Assembly: GCA_965208025.1 (NCBI GenBank) | Contig: OZ242302.1 | Span: forward strand, 176,696 to 240,695 | Direction of reading: 5' to 3' | From: Rhodothermales bacterium | GTDB taxonomy: Bacteria > Bacteroidota > Rhodothermia > Rhodothermales > Bin80 | DNA: 64,000 bases | Translations under genes and position numbers: made by a program | Notes under the pieces: model-generated | Told to the model about the DNA's origin: nothing | The model's database searches: none | The model's input: the letters and a program-made list of their open reading frames with translations, nothing else | In this document: positions 1-10,342 of the stretch, piece after piece | Position numbering within the stretch: the stretch's first letter is position 1 | How the letters are laid out: each line of letters begins with the position of its first letter

Positions 1-600
1 GAGCATTATGGGAACATTGATTTTATTGTTCATGCAATCGGAATGGGGGTCAATGTTCGTAAACGCCGTCCATATGAGAAGTTGAACTATGATTGGTATG
101 CGAAGACATTGGATATCTCCGCGGTCAGTCTTCATCGGATTGTACACCATGCCATGGAGAGTGAAGTTCTCAATCATGGGAGTTCAATTCTAACGATTTC
201 CTATATCGGCGCTCAGCGCTCATTCTCCCATTATTCAGAGATGGGGGATGCGAAAGCACTGTTGGAAAGCATTGTTCGTACCTGGGGCGCACGACTTGGA
301 CAACATCATATTCGGATTAACTCCATCTCCCAGAGCCCAACGCGTACGACCGCTGGACAGGGAATTTCTGGGTTTGATGCTATGTTTGAGTTTGGAGATC
401 AGATGTCTCCTTTGGGGAATGCCGACGCTGAGAGCTGTGGCGATTATGCAGTGACCTTACTCAGTGATCTTACTCGAATGGTGACCATGCAGACACTTTA
501 TCATGATGGAGGTTTCAGTAGTATGGGAATTTCTGGTGCGATGGTTGAACCAATGATGAAGATGATGAATAGCGAAAACAGTGATTCTTCAGATACCTGA
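1..600 (+). CDS. fabI: Enoyl-ACP reductase (5'-truncated by window edge)
   Basis: Frame +1 is open from base 1 (EHYGNIDFIVHAIGM...). It has the FabI catalytic motif YSEMGDAK, RINSISQSP and the C-terminal TMQTLYHDGGFS typical of Bacteroidota-type FabI. Confidence 0.9.
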   Translation, partial: EHYGNIDFIVHAIGMGVNVRKRRPYEKLNYDWYAKTLDISAVSLHRIVHHAMESEVLNHGSSILTISYIGAQRSFSHYSEMGDAKALLESIVRTWGARLGQHHIRINSISQSPTRTTAGQGISGFDAMFEFGDQMSPLGNADAESCGDYAVTLLSDLTRMVTMQTLYHDGGFSSMGISGAMVEPMMKMMNSENSDSSDT

Positions 601-1366
601 TTCAAGAAAATTGGCTCATTGGCTTATTGCTATTGGCACCATCGTTGCACTTGTTTGCACATCAGGGAGTGTGTATGCAGTGCAGGAAAATGTGAGTGAA
701 GCAGTCAACTTGTATTATGTGGTGGGGCGAACGGCTAGTCTGTATCACGATCAAGACTTGACTCGGCGCAATAAGAAACTTCAATTCAGAGAGCCAGTCA
801 GGGTAATTGCCAGCGAAAGATTGGTAAAAAAGGTTCGTACCATGACTGGTGAAGAGGGGTATATACGTGCAAGTGAGGTTTCAAATATATGGATTCTTGT
901 CTCCAAGCGTCGTAAGGAGGTCACCCTACATAGAGGGATGCGAATACTATCAACGTTTACGGCAGATTTTGGATATAATTCATTCTCCGATAAAGTCATT
1001 CGTGGGTCCAATGAGGACCCCGATCACTGGAGAACCCCGGAGGGAGTTTTCTATGTGGTTAGAAAAAATCCTCAGAGTCAGTTTTACAAAGCTTTTTTAC
1101 TGAATTACCCCAATCGCGAAGATGCTGAGCGAGGAGTTCAGGATGGACTGATCAGCCAGCGACAATTCAATGCCATCATGAGAGCTGATCGGAATGGAAC
1201 TGCTCCACCAATGGAGACTCCCCTTGGAGGGATGATTGAGATTCATGGGCACGGTACAGACCGAGCCTCCAATTGGACACAGGGATGTGTTGCTGTTCAT
1301 GATAAGCACATGGACCATATGTGGGCTTATGTTCGGGTGGGAACCCCCGTTGTCATTGAAAAATAA
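581..1366 (+). CDS. L,D-transpeptidase (YkuD/ErfK family) with N-terminal signal/TM and SH3-like segment
   Basis: RTPEG motif, LLNYPN, catalytic His/Cys motif IEIHG...WTQGC, and C-terminal VGTPVVI. Confidence 0.85.
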   Translation: MILQIPDSRKLAHWLIAIGTIVALVCTSGSVYAVQENVSEAVNLYYVVGRTASLYHDQDLTRRNKKLQFREPVRVIASERLVKKVRTMTGEEGYIRASEVSNIWILVSKRRKEVTLHRGMRILSTFTADFGYNSFSDKVIRGSNEDPDHWRTPEGVFYVVRKNPQSQFYKAFLLNYPNREDAERGVQDGLISQRQFNAIMRADRNGTAPPMETPLGGMIEIHGHGTDRASNWTQGCVAVHDKHMDHMWAYVRVGTPVVIEK

Positions 1367-1954
1367 CAGTCCTCTTGGTTTCATTGAGCAATCTTGATGG
1401 AATGCCACATTCTCGTGGGGATCATCCATGAACGATGAGATATGCTCCTTCACCATCTTACGAAGATCAAGCGTTAATTGAGATTGCATAGGCATAGAAG
1501 TGACACGACGATCTGGCTAACAGGATGGAATCCTGAGTTAGAACTGTCAATGTGCAAAAATAAAAACGCACCGTTCATTGAAAACTTGGTGGAAATCAGG
1601 CGGTTCACACGTTAGAACCTCAGATTCCGTACATTCCTGCATAACTATTCATTATGCAGTCTAATGTAAGAACAAATCAGGATGATCATCAGTTAGGACA
1701 AGATTCAGACATGTTGTGGGGCAATCGGATCTATTTCAGTTCTCAATCCCTTCTGCTTCAAGTGATCAAAGATTTGACAGAACATAGTATCAGCTTAGCC
1801 CAAAGTCATCTTTACTTTTTGACCAATTTCTTTTCGCGGTATTCAAAGGGGCAGATTGGAATGCTGGTTTATTTCGTGACGTCTTTCAACCTATTCGCTC
1901 TTACCGCAGTTGAATCTTAACAAAGGGGTGAGGCGTACAGTAATCAAGTATAAG

Positions 1955-3334
1955 ATGGGAAACGTGAACAGACTCTTTACACTCTTATTACTTTCCTTGG
2001 TCGCTACTGGCTCTATTGCGCAGGACCGAGCTCCTAAGCCGTTGGAATTGGATTCCGTTATCACCAAGGGGACAGTTTTTGTGGTTCCAGTCAATGGGAT
2101 GATTGACAATGGATTGGCTCGGTACATTGAGCGAGCTGTTGCTGATGCGATGAACGAGAATGCAGTCCTGACGATTTTCCAGATTGATACTTTTGGGGGG
2201 CTTGTGGATGCTGCGGATAAAATTAGAAAAACTTTATTAGATGCACAGATGCCCACCGCTGCGTTCATTGATAAAAATGCAGCATCTGCAGGTGCTCTGA
2301 TCTCTTATGCTGCAGATCGTATTATCATGGTGCCTGGTGCCTCAATTGGAGCGGCTACTGTTGTGGAGGGAACGAGTGGAGAGGAGGCGCCTGATAAATA
2401 CCAGAGTTATATGCGGGGGTTGATGCGTTCAACAGCGGAAGCAAACGGACGTGATCCTGACATTGCCCAATCCATGGTGGATCCATCCATTGAGATTGAG
2501 GGTGTCTCAGAGGAGGGGAAAGTACTGACGCTTAGTTCGTCCGAAGCCCTCAACCTAGGCGTTGCAGACCAAGTTCTGGGTTCCACTGAGGAAGTGATTG
2601 CTGCCTACGGGTTGGAAACCCCTGATCTGGTCGCACATAGCGAAACGGGCACCGAGCGCTTGCTGAGATTTCTTGGATCCCCCGTTGTTCAGTCCATTCT
2701 GATGCTAATGATGTTGGGAGGGCTGTATTTTGAGTTGCAAACTCCTGGGGTAGGGTTCCCTGGCGCTGTTGCGCTCCTCGGAATTGCACTCTTCTTTGCC
2801 CCACACTATCTGTTGGGATTGGTGGAGATTTGGGAGGTTCTTGTTTTTGTGCTTGGAGTTGGGCTGATCATCGTGGAGTTATTTTTATTTCCAGGGTTTG
2901 GGGTTGCTGGGATTTCGGGAGTCGTATTGATATTTTTCTCCCTGATTGCTGCACTGGTTGGGAATGTAGGACTCTCATTTCCTCCAATTGGTGCAATGAT
3001 GCCAAGTGTATACACATTAGCAGTCACCATGATACTTCTGGTCGCGAGCGCGGTCATGATTGGCCGCATGTTCCCTGAATCTCAAGCTGCGAATGTGCTC
3101 GTATTAAAACCGGAACTTAGTAGTAGTGAGGGATACACCAGCGCATCTTCTCACATGGAGTATCTTGGGAAAGTAGGTCCAACAATTACAGATCTTCGCC
3201 CCTCTGGTGCCATGTTGATTAATCAGGAACGGGTGGACGTCATTACCGCCGGCGAATATATTGATCAAGGAGTAATGGTTCGCGTCGTTCGTGTAAATGG
3301 AAATCGAGTTGAAGTAAGAACTCACGAGGTATAG
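1955..3334 (+). CDS. NfeD-family membrane-bound serine protease homolog (long form)
   Basis: Signal peptide, ClpP-like domain (DTFGG, AASAGALI, PGASIGAA), TM bundle with ELQTPG, and C-terminal OB-fold TDLRPSG. ATG at 1955 is preferred over the TTG at 1910. Confidence 0.88.
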   Translation: MGNVNRLFTLLLLSLVATGSIAQDRAPKPLELDSVITKGTVFVVPVNGMIDNGLARYIERAVADAMNENAVLTIFQIDTFGGLVDAADKIRKTLLDAQMPTAAFIDKNAASAGALISYAADRIIMVPGASIGAATVVEGTSGEEAPDKYQSYMRGLMRSTAEANGRDPDIAQSMVDPSIEIEGVSEEGKVLTLSSSEALNLGVADQVLGSTEEVIAAYGLETPDLVAHSETGTERLLRFLGSPVVQSILMLMMLGGLYFELQTPGVGFPGAVALLGIALFFAPHYLLGLVEIWEVLVFVLGVGLIIVELFLFPGFGVAGISGVVLIFFSLIAALVGNVGLSFPPIGAMMPSVYTLAVTMILLVASAVMIGRMFPESQAANVLVLKPELSSSEGYTSASSHMEYLGKVGPTITDLRPSGAMLINQERVDVITAGEYIDQGVMVRVVRVNGNRVEVRTHEV

Positions 3335-3336
3335 AC

Positions 3337-3819
3337 GTGGAAATTCTTGTTCCCATTGTGTGCATTTTGGCGGGACTCCTCTTGATCACAGTGGAGGTCT
3401 ACCTTGTTCCCGGATTCAATGTGATTGGGATCTTGGGAGCTTTACTCATGATCTTCGCAGTGGGATATACATATACCGAGTCAGGTTTGCTCGGTGGAAC
3501 GATTGCATTATCAAGCACTCTGGGTAGTGGTATTATTCTTTTTGTTGTGCTTTGGCGATCGGGAGCCTGGGATCGGTTTATACTTTCTACCACGCTCAAG
3601 ACAGAGTCCAACGCGGCAAGTCGCGAAAGTGACGAAAGGGCACGTTATTTGGGAAGGACAGGCATCGCAATGACACCTCTTCGTCCTACTGGGATCGTAG
3701 AGATTGATGGAGAACGGGTTGAGGTCTCAACCGAAGGCGAATTTATTGCGGCAGGAAGTAATATTCGCATCGTTGCGATGGATCGACGCAGGTTCTTTGC
3801 TCGTTTAGAAATGGTATAG
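3337..3819 (+). CDS. NfeD-family protein (short form)
   Basis: Three TM helices (EVYLVPGF) followed by OB-fold GIAMTPLRPTG...GEFI. Confidence 0.85.
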   Translation: MEILVPIVCILAGLLLITVEVYLVPGFNVIGILGALLMIFAVGYTYTESGLLGGTIALSSTLGSGIILFVVLWRSGAWDRFILSTTLKTESNAASRESDERARYLGRTGIAMTPLRPTGIVEIDGERVEVSTEGEFIAAGSNIRIVAMDRRRFFARLEMV

Positions 3820-3826
3820 AACATCG

Positions 3827-6589
3827 CTACCATTGGAGTTGGGCTGAGACGGTGGCTGTGCGCCCAATCAGATAACTCGTTTCTTCAACAAGGATCTGGT
3901 CGTCAGTTCCAAACTGGTTACGCTCTTGTAGGTATTTGTATGCGGGGTTTCTGCGGTCAAATGCATTGAGCAGATCTATTCGAAGCTGAAAGGTTCGGTT
4001 GGATCGGTCATTCACGTTTACGGCAATCCCTAAATCTAACTGACTAAATGGGGCAAGCGTATGTCCCTCGGCGGTTGGATCCTCAAATGAAAAATCATCA
4101 AATGTGGCTGCATACTCAATGTTGGATCCCAACAGATCATAGTACGCCTGTTTGAAAGCCCATTTACGTCCCCACGCTCCATGCCACCGAATGATTCCCT
4201 CCAGTGCTGGGATTGGCTTAAAGGCGAACTTAAACTGAAACTGTTGCGGTACATTCCAGGGGACAGGAATAAGTGTCGGTTCATTATTGCGGAATGTATA
4301 CTCACGTTTTGACTCACTCCGCTCAAAGCGCATCGCAAAATTAAGTTTTTCACCGTTTCGACGCAATTCCAGAGAGGTCCCATAGACCAAACCGCTGGTC
4401 TCACTTGCAAACTGATCAATCATATTGATGAAGGTTGTATCTGGTTCTTGATTCCAGAGCATGGGATAATCCACCCGGTAGAGGCGGCGCTGGTCCTTGT
4501 AGTAATATTCAACCCCCAGCTGCCAATTTGTCCAAAGCTGTGCAGAGAGGTCAATGGTGTAATGGTTGGAATGAGGCGCCTGGAGAGTTTCGTCCACTGG
4601 GATCCAAAAACGAGTTGTAGGGACAATAGAACTCGGACTGATCGTAGCAATCTCAAACTGATTCAAAAATTGATAATATACACCAGTTGCCAAACGGAGC
4701 GAAACGCCATAACCATCCCGATAAGGAGACTTCAACAGTAATGCCGTACGAGGCTCTAAATGCCATCTTTCTTGCGTGCGAAGCAGTGTAACCAAAAATC
4801 CAGACGTCAACTCTACCCAAGGACGAGGAATCCATTGGTGCTGGAAATAACCCGACAACATGAAAGAGTTTCTTTCATGTTCAAGCCGTCGAGGGAAGAC
4901 ATGTTGGATACTAAACTGGTGATCAATCCAGGATAGATCTAAACCCGCTTGAAGGATTCCCTGTGCATAGTTTTTGGTAATGGAAATGCCAAGATCATCG
5001 TTGGAAATCCCATTTTGATCGCTCGTCTCAACGGAATTATACCTGAACAAGTTGAACGCGGCATGCACACTATTCTGACGATCAAGTCCGCCATAGTTAT
5101 GAGAGAATGAATATATTCCCTTACGCCAGGAAAAACGCCAAGTGAACGAATCGGATATCGTATGCTGCCAATAGACACGTAGATTATGATTTTCCCACGC
5201 ATGTCGATCCGGCGGAATCAGTCTGTTGGTGGTATCCTTTGGAGCGGATAGGAGGCGTCCCTCAAATTTACTGTTTCCCGTATAGAGAGAGCCGCCTAAT
5301 TCACTTCCATTATTTAGGTCTATCTTTGTTGCGGCATGGAAATCATTGAAATTAATGTTCGGTAACGAAGGAAGGGGGGGCTTCTGAAGTCGATCCACGA
5401 GAGTATAGTATCCCTGCTCAAATGCCCGTTTAAGTGGATAGATGCTGGCCCGAATGAGAAATTCATCTGGACGGTTCCAATCACGCAGCAACTCATCAAC
5501 ACTTTCGCTGCGTAAGTTACTCCACCAGTCATTCCATATACTCGTTCTAAAGGCTCCCATCAAAGATAGATTCGCCTCCTGCAGGTTCATCTTTGTGGTG
5601 ATGCGGGCATTGAATGAAATTGGATCTACTTGCATTTCAACTGCCCGTTTAGAATCCAGAGAGTGTTCGGCGTTTATGATCCCCGCCAAAAAGCTCCCAT
5701 GTTCTACGTTAAAACCAGCTTTGCGGACAGTGATCTGATCAATGGCAAAGGGGTTGAAAATTCCAAAAAGTCCCAAATGAATGGGCTCAAACACGACATT
5801 TCCATCCAACCTGAATTGATGCTCACCAATCCCGCTTCCCTGAATATGAATATCACTCGTAGTGAGATCAATGTAGAGTCCAGCCACATCGCGAAGGCTG
5901 CGAACGATGTCGGGGGTGCCAAGTCCAGTGATCTGTCTTAGATCTTCGGGTCTTCGGGTATCCATCTCAAATGGCCGATCACTGATCATGAATGGAAGTG
6001 GAGCGGGTAGGGGGGAGGCGGTGACCTCCAGGGGGAGCCCCTGAATCACCCATTCGGTCATGTGAATGTCAAGAGACTGAACAGAATCCGCAGGGAATGT
6101 GAGCTGCAGATCTTCCGAAAGGAAGCCCACATGGCTGACCTGAATTTTTACCGAATTTTGAGGGGTGGTGGAAAGGATGAACTGACCATCCAAATTTGAA
6201 GTGGTGCCTTGTGATGTTTCTACGATCCTGATATGTGCCCCCCGTAGAGGCTTACCGCTTTCAGCAGAATAGACCGTTCCAATAAGCGTGGAAACCTGAG
6301 TGTCAGAAGGTTGAAGTAAGTAGGTACCGCTGGATTGACGAAAATAGGTCACCCCCGTTCCGCTCAGTAAATACTCAATATCCGCATCTGCGGTACTTGC
6401 TAGTGGTTCGCTCCAGATGGTGTAACGATCCTGGAGTGTGTTGGAAGAATAAGAAAGATCAACCCCCCAATGAGATTGGAAGTTCTGAACAGCGTCAAGA
6501 AGAGGGTGGAGAGCTTGAGCAACCGAAGTCGGGACACTTCCAAAGAGTGCGGCAGACAAAACGGCCAAGCAACAAATTAGAACGCGCAC
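3827..6589 (-). CDS. TonB-dependent receptor/transducer with N-terminal STN-like and carboxypeptidase-regulatory-like domains
   Basis: Signal peptide; G.V.SAESGKPLRGAHI...GTTSNLDGQF...SHVGF domain; plug (LDGNVVFEPIHL, AGFNVEHGSFLAGII); C-terminal beta strand ending in W; downstream of ECF sigma and FecR. Confidence 0.85.
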   Translation of the reverse strand: MRVLICCLAVLSAALFGSVPTSVAQALHPLLDAVQNFQSHWGVDLSYSSNTLQDRYTIWSEPLASTADADIEYLLSGTGVTYFRQSSGTYLLQPSDTQVSTLIGTVYSAESGKPLRGAHIRIVETSQGTTSNLDGQFILSTTPQNSVKIQVSHVGFLSEDLQLTFPADSVQSLDIHMTEWVIQGLPLEVTASPLPAPLPFMISDRPFEMDTRRPEDLRQITGLGTPDIVRSLRDVAGLYIDLTTSDIHIQGSGIGEHQFRLDGNVVFEPIHLGLFGIFNPFAIDQITVRKAGFNVEHGSFLAGIINAEHSLDSKRAVEMQVDPISFNARITTKMNLQEANLSLMGAFRTSIWNDWWSNLRSESVDELLRDWNRPDEFLIRASIYPLKRAFEQGYYTLVDRLQKPPLPSLPNINFNDFHAATKIDLNNGSELGGSLYTGNSKFEGRLLSAPKDTTNRLIPPDRHAWENHNLRVYWQHTISDSFTWRFSWRKGIYSFSHNYGGLDRQNSVHAAFNLFRYNSVETSDQNGISNDDLGISITKNYAQGILQAGLDLSWIDHQFSIQHVFPRRLEHERNSFMLSGYFQHQWIPRPWVELTSGFLVTLLRTQERWHLEPRTALLLKSPYRDGYGVSLRLATGVYYQFLNQFEIATISPSSIVPTTRFWIPVDETLQAPHSNHYTIDLSAQLWTNWQLGVEYYYKDQRRLYRVDYPMLWNQEPDTTFINMIDQFASETSGLVYGTSLELRRNGEKLNFAMRFERSESKREYTFRNNEPTLIPVPWNVPQQFQFKFAFKPIPALEGIIRWHGAWGRKWAFKQAYYDLLGSNIEYAATFDDFSFEDPTAEGHTLAPFSQLDLGIAVNVNDRSNRTFQLRIDLLNAFDRRNPAYKYLQERNQFGTDDQILVEETSYLIGRTATVSAQLQW

Positions 6590-6643
6590 GAAAAAAAGGC
6601 AGAGCCAGCTTTATCAAGGATGATGTAGCGTGCGCAAGGGTAG

Positions 6644-7570
6644 CTAACGAGGCGCTAACTCAAATCCACCGCGAACCACACGATACTCGCAATTTAACGC
6701 GCAAATGTCGCGAATGATTTCTTCAGCACTTTCGGGGGCTTCCTTGAGGATCCCAATGGGAAGAGATTCAAGATCGGATGATACAAAAGAAATCTCTACA
6801 TCATAACGTCGTTCAATCTCCTTGGCGACATTTCCGAGTGGTTCAGAGGAGAACTTGAATTCACCATCAGCCCAATTGTATGTCTCGCCTGAGGTTTGGT
6901 AGCGAAGGGGGGACTGACCATCCGGTTGAATACGGGCAGATTCGCCTGCCAGCAAAGTAACTGCAGACTCAGGTGCGGCATGAGGAATCACACGAACCTC
7001 TCCCGACTTGACCTTCACATCTGTGCCAGCATCAATCTCGTCGGGCCAGGCACGAACATTGAACGAGGTTCCAAGCACTTGAGTTTGTGCATCAAAAGAT
7101 TCTACCGAAAATGGAATAGAACTTGGTAGAACTTCCAAATAGATCTCACCCTGCTTCAAGATCAGTTCACGAGATGTTTCGCCAAATTTTTTATTGTATT
7201 CAAAATGAGTGCCACTATTGAGGAGTACCGTACTCCCATCAGGCAATTGATACGACAGTTGCTCTCCAAGTGGTGCAGTCACAGAAACAGGCTGTTGCAA
7301 GAGCAAAAAGCCAACGGCCAAGATCAAAGCAAAACAGGCGGCCAGTGACGTAACACTCCGCCAAGTCATCAATCGTTTCAATCGGAATCTTGTGGCGTGA
7401 TCAATATGGGGCCACATATCTCTACATACATGCTCAAACTCGTCATCAGAAGGCTCATCTGCGTAGTACGCAGTGGAGAGATCCCAAACTCTCAAGGTAG
7501 AGGGAATTTCGGAATAATCCAGATGAGCCAGAATTTCGTCTGGCAGAGATGGTCTAGGGGTTGTGCTCAT
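6644..7570 (-). CDS. FecR-family anti-sigma/transmembrane sensor
   Basis: One TM helix, then LPDGSTVLLNSGT, GEIYLEV, VLGTSFNV and EIERRYDVEI FecR signatures. Confidence 0.9.
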   Translation of the reverse strand: MSTTPRPSLPDEILAHLDYSEIPSTLRVWDLSTAYYADEPSDDEFEHVCRDMWPHIDHATRFRLKRLMTWRSVTSLAACFALILAVGFLLLQQPVSVTAPLGEQLSYQLPDGSTVLLNSGTHFEYNKKFGETSRELILKQGEIYLEVLPSSIPFSVESFDAQTQVLGTSFNVRAWPDEIDAGTDVKVKSGEVRVIPHAAPESAVTLLAGESARIQPDGQSPLRYQTSGETYNWADGEFKFSSEPLGNVAKEIERRYDVEISFVSSDLESLPIGILKEAPESAEEIIRDICALNCEYRVVRGGFELAPR

Positions 7571-8189
7571 GTAACTGCCGGTCTTTGTGCAAGTTATGAA
7601 GCTTTTGACGAAGATCTCGCAAGGCAAGCATCACATGCGTGTTTACAGTCCGTGGAGTAAGGTTCATGATGGAAGCAATTTCTGCATGGGTGAGCCCTTC
7701 AAAACGGCTGAGCATGAAAGCTTGGCGGCGACGAGGGGGTAGGCCATCAATCCACTGGCGAACATGCTCCTCCAACATATCAAAGTCAACCTGTTCATCT
7801 GGACCTGGTGTGTTTTCAATGGCAACCTCATCAGCTTCTACACCGTCGGAATAGTGGGAGTCACGTAACAAGTTGAATGCCCGGTTACGAACCATTGTGT
7901 ACATGAGAGCAAGTAAGGATTTACTTGGGTCAAGCGTGGCTCTCTTTTCCCAAACTTTGACAAACGCATCCTGTACAATATCTCGTGACACATCTTCATC
8001 TTTTGTAAACCTCCAGCAAAACCGGATCAGAGTGACATGCAATTCCTCAAATAATTCCTGAAAAGCCCCTCGGTCTGAGTTAGCCAAGCGCCTACTGATG
8101 TCGGACAACTTGGCAGATCGAGAAAGTGAGGATTCCCTTTTATCACTATTGTCACTCAGTTCAAGTTTTGGTTTAACATGTTTATTCAT
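7554..8189 (-). CDS. ECF RNA polymerase sigma-70 factor (FecI-like)
   Basis: Region 2 DIVQDAFVKVW and region 4 LPPRRRQAFMLSRFEGLTHAEIA...TVNTH. Confidence 0.92.
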   Translation of the reverse strand: MNKHVKPKLELSDNSDKRESSLSRSAKLSDISRRLANSDRGAFQELFEELHVTLIRFCWRFTKDEDVSRDIVQDAFVKVWEKRATLDPSKSLLALMYTMVRNRAFNLLRDSHYSDGVEADEVAIENTPGPDEQVDFDMLEEHVRQWIDGLPPRRRQAFMLSRFEGLTHAEIASIMNLTPRTVNTHVMLALRDLRQKLHNLHKDRQLHEHNP

Positions 8190-8325
8190 TTACACATGTC
8201 TGGGGTTGAATAACGAATGGAAAATCAAAAATCTGCACAAATCGCCAAATTTCAGTTGATAAGCAAGCTCATATATTAAAGTAAAACATTAACAACATGA
8301 ATCTATGATTATACTATATAGATAG

Positions 8326-9678
8326 TTAAACCATCACCCCAGCGAGGGTAGCAGTCATCAGATTCGCCAGAAACCCGGCGAGGACGGCCCTGATTCCCAA
8401 TTCGGCAATGAGTGAACGCTGATTGGGTGCAAGTGGAGTAACGCCTCCAATTTGAATTGCAATAGAGGAAAAATTTGCAAAACCGCACAAAGCAAATGTG
8501 GCTATCGTAATTGCTTTCTGAGAGATCATCCCTGCCTGCATAGAGTCAGCCAACTGTAAATATGCGACAAATTCATTGGCAACGATCTTGTACCCAAGCA
8601 TAGATCCTATGGACAGAACATCCTCCGCAGGGATCCCGATCATCCAGGCAATCGGTGAGAATACCCAGCCCAGGATTTTGCCCATGGTTAATTCAATCCC
8701 GAAGAGGCCACCTCCCATGCCAAGAATATAGTCCATCATTGCTAACAAAGCAATGAAAGCCAAAAGGATTGCAGAAATATTCAATACAAGTTTCAGTCCA
8801 TCGCGAGCACCACTGGCAGCAGCATCAATTACATTCTTCGAATCCGTAATCTTCGGAAGTTCTACCTTTCCGAGTGTACTGGGTTGGTTGGTTTCTGGAA
8901 CGAGAATTTTGCTGAGTATGATTGCGGCTGGCGCGGACATAAGACTTGCGCCAAGAAGATGTTCTGCGAATCTCAACTGTGCAACATCAATAGGTATACC
9001 TTGAGTTGCGGCAAACGGAACAGCCAGAAAAGCGATGTAAGCTGCCATCACTCCACCTGCCATCGTAGACATCCCTGCACTCATCAAAGTCATCATTTCT
9101 GAGCGTGTAAGATTTGCTAAATATGGTCGGATCACCAGAGGTGCCTCGGTTTGACCGACAAAGATATTGGCTGCCACACATAACGACTCCGCTCCGCTGG
9201 ATTTTAACAATTTGACTACGATTCTCGCCATGAATTGAACGATTCGCTGCATGAGGCCAAGATGATACAAGATGGCCATAAGAGACGCGAAGAAGATGAT
9301 GGTTGGTAGCACTTGGAACGCAATTGCAGTTCCCCAGCTTTGTCCGATCAGCAGAGGTGTGCCTGGCTCCACACTTCCACTTGGGGGGAGAGCGATGTCC
9401 CCAAGCACGAACTGAGCCCCCTCGGTTGTGAATTGCAACATTTTCACAAAAATAGAACTGACTCCCGAAAAGAAGAATTTGGGCCAGCCAAGTGGAGCAA
9501 AAAAATCGCCCATAGCATTTCCCTTGAGAACGAATAGAGCGATCAATATCTGTGCCAAGATTCCGATGACAATCAGACGCCAACTGACTAAACGCCGATT
9601 TTCGGAAAAGAGCAACGCCACACCGATTAACATTGAGAGCCCGATCATGGCCCGAGCAGCAGAGACCGTAAATTCCAT
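8326..9678 (-). CDS. nupC: Concentrative nucleoside transporter (CNT/NupC family)
   Basis: FQVLPTIIFF, ANIFVGQTEAPL, NEFVAY and LCGFANFSSIAIQIGG motifs. Confidence 0.92.
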   Translation of the reverse strand: MEFTVSAARAMIGLSMLIGVALLFSENRRLVSWRLIVIGILAQILIALFVLKGNAMGDFFAPLGWPKFFFSGVSSIFVKMLQFTTEGAQFVLGDIALPPSGSVEPGTPLLIGQSWGTAIAFQVLPTIIFFASLMAILYHLGLMQRIVQFMARIVVKLLKSSGAESLCVAANIFVGQTEAPLVIRPYLANLTRSEMMTLMSAGMSTMAGGVMAAYIAFLAVPFAATQGIPIDVAQLRFAEHLLGASLMSAPAAIILSKILVPETNQPSTLGKVELPKITDSKNVIDAAASGARDGLKLVLNISAILLAFIALLAMMDYILGMGGGLFGIELTMGKILGWVFSPIAWMIGIPAEDVLSIGSMLGYKIVANEFVAYLQLADSMQAGMISQKAITIATFALCGFANFSSIAIQIGGVTPLAPNQRSLIAELGIRAVLAGFLANLMTATLAGVMV

Positions 9679-10342
9679 GAAGTATTAGGATGGTAGTTGG
9701 ACCGAAGAGTAAGATGGAATCCTCAGTGATCAATGGATATGTCGGTGAATCAATCCCACACCCATAAGGAATAGGTCCATTTACTGTGGGAATTTATCAA
9801 TGAGCGCCAAACCAGTTCCTGTTCAACAAGTGAAGTCAATACAGGATCATTGACACAAAGAAAGTTTGGGTGTTGCGTTTCTTTCAGTACAGGATGTCAG
9901 AGATTCCCCGTCCAGAATTGATGTAGGATATGATTTGAACAAAGTCAGGCTGCTGCTAGTCGGGACAATAAATGGACAATTATTCACACAAATTCTAACT
10001 CATCCGCATTCCACAAGAAGAAAAGGTGCCAATTGGCAAGGGAGATAGGCAACTATTGTGACTCAAATCATCAGAGAAATGTGTCTGATTACAGGTGATC
10101 ATCTCTATGGCTCGTTTGATCATAGAGCAAATGGATCATGTCCTACACCATTTGCATTCAGAGTAAACGTTCATTGCCAGAATGCGCGAAGAGGATGGAG
10201 TGCGTTGGCATCTTTGCATGAAATAAGGGGCCATGATTCAGTGCGGATCCTCTGAACAATTCTTGCCAAGAAATTATTAACTGATCACGTTGATATTTTG
10301 CATAAATTTGCACCTCAATGAATCTATCGTTTTATCTCGAGC

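Noticed and set aside
8987-9733. Long alternative-frame and antisense ORFs (e.g. 8987-9733, 20021-20563, 26320-26574, 63497-63994)
   Set aside because: They overlap well-supported genes and have no recognisable motifs, so they are treated as shadow ORFs.
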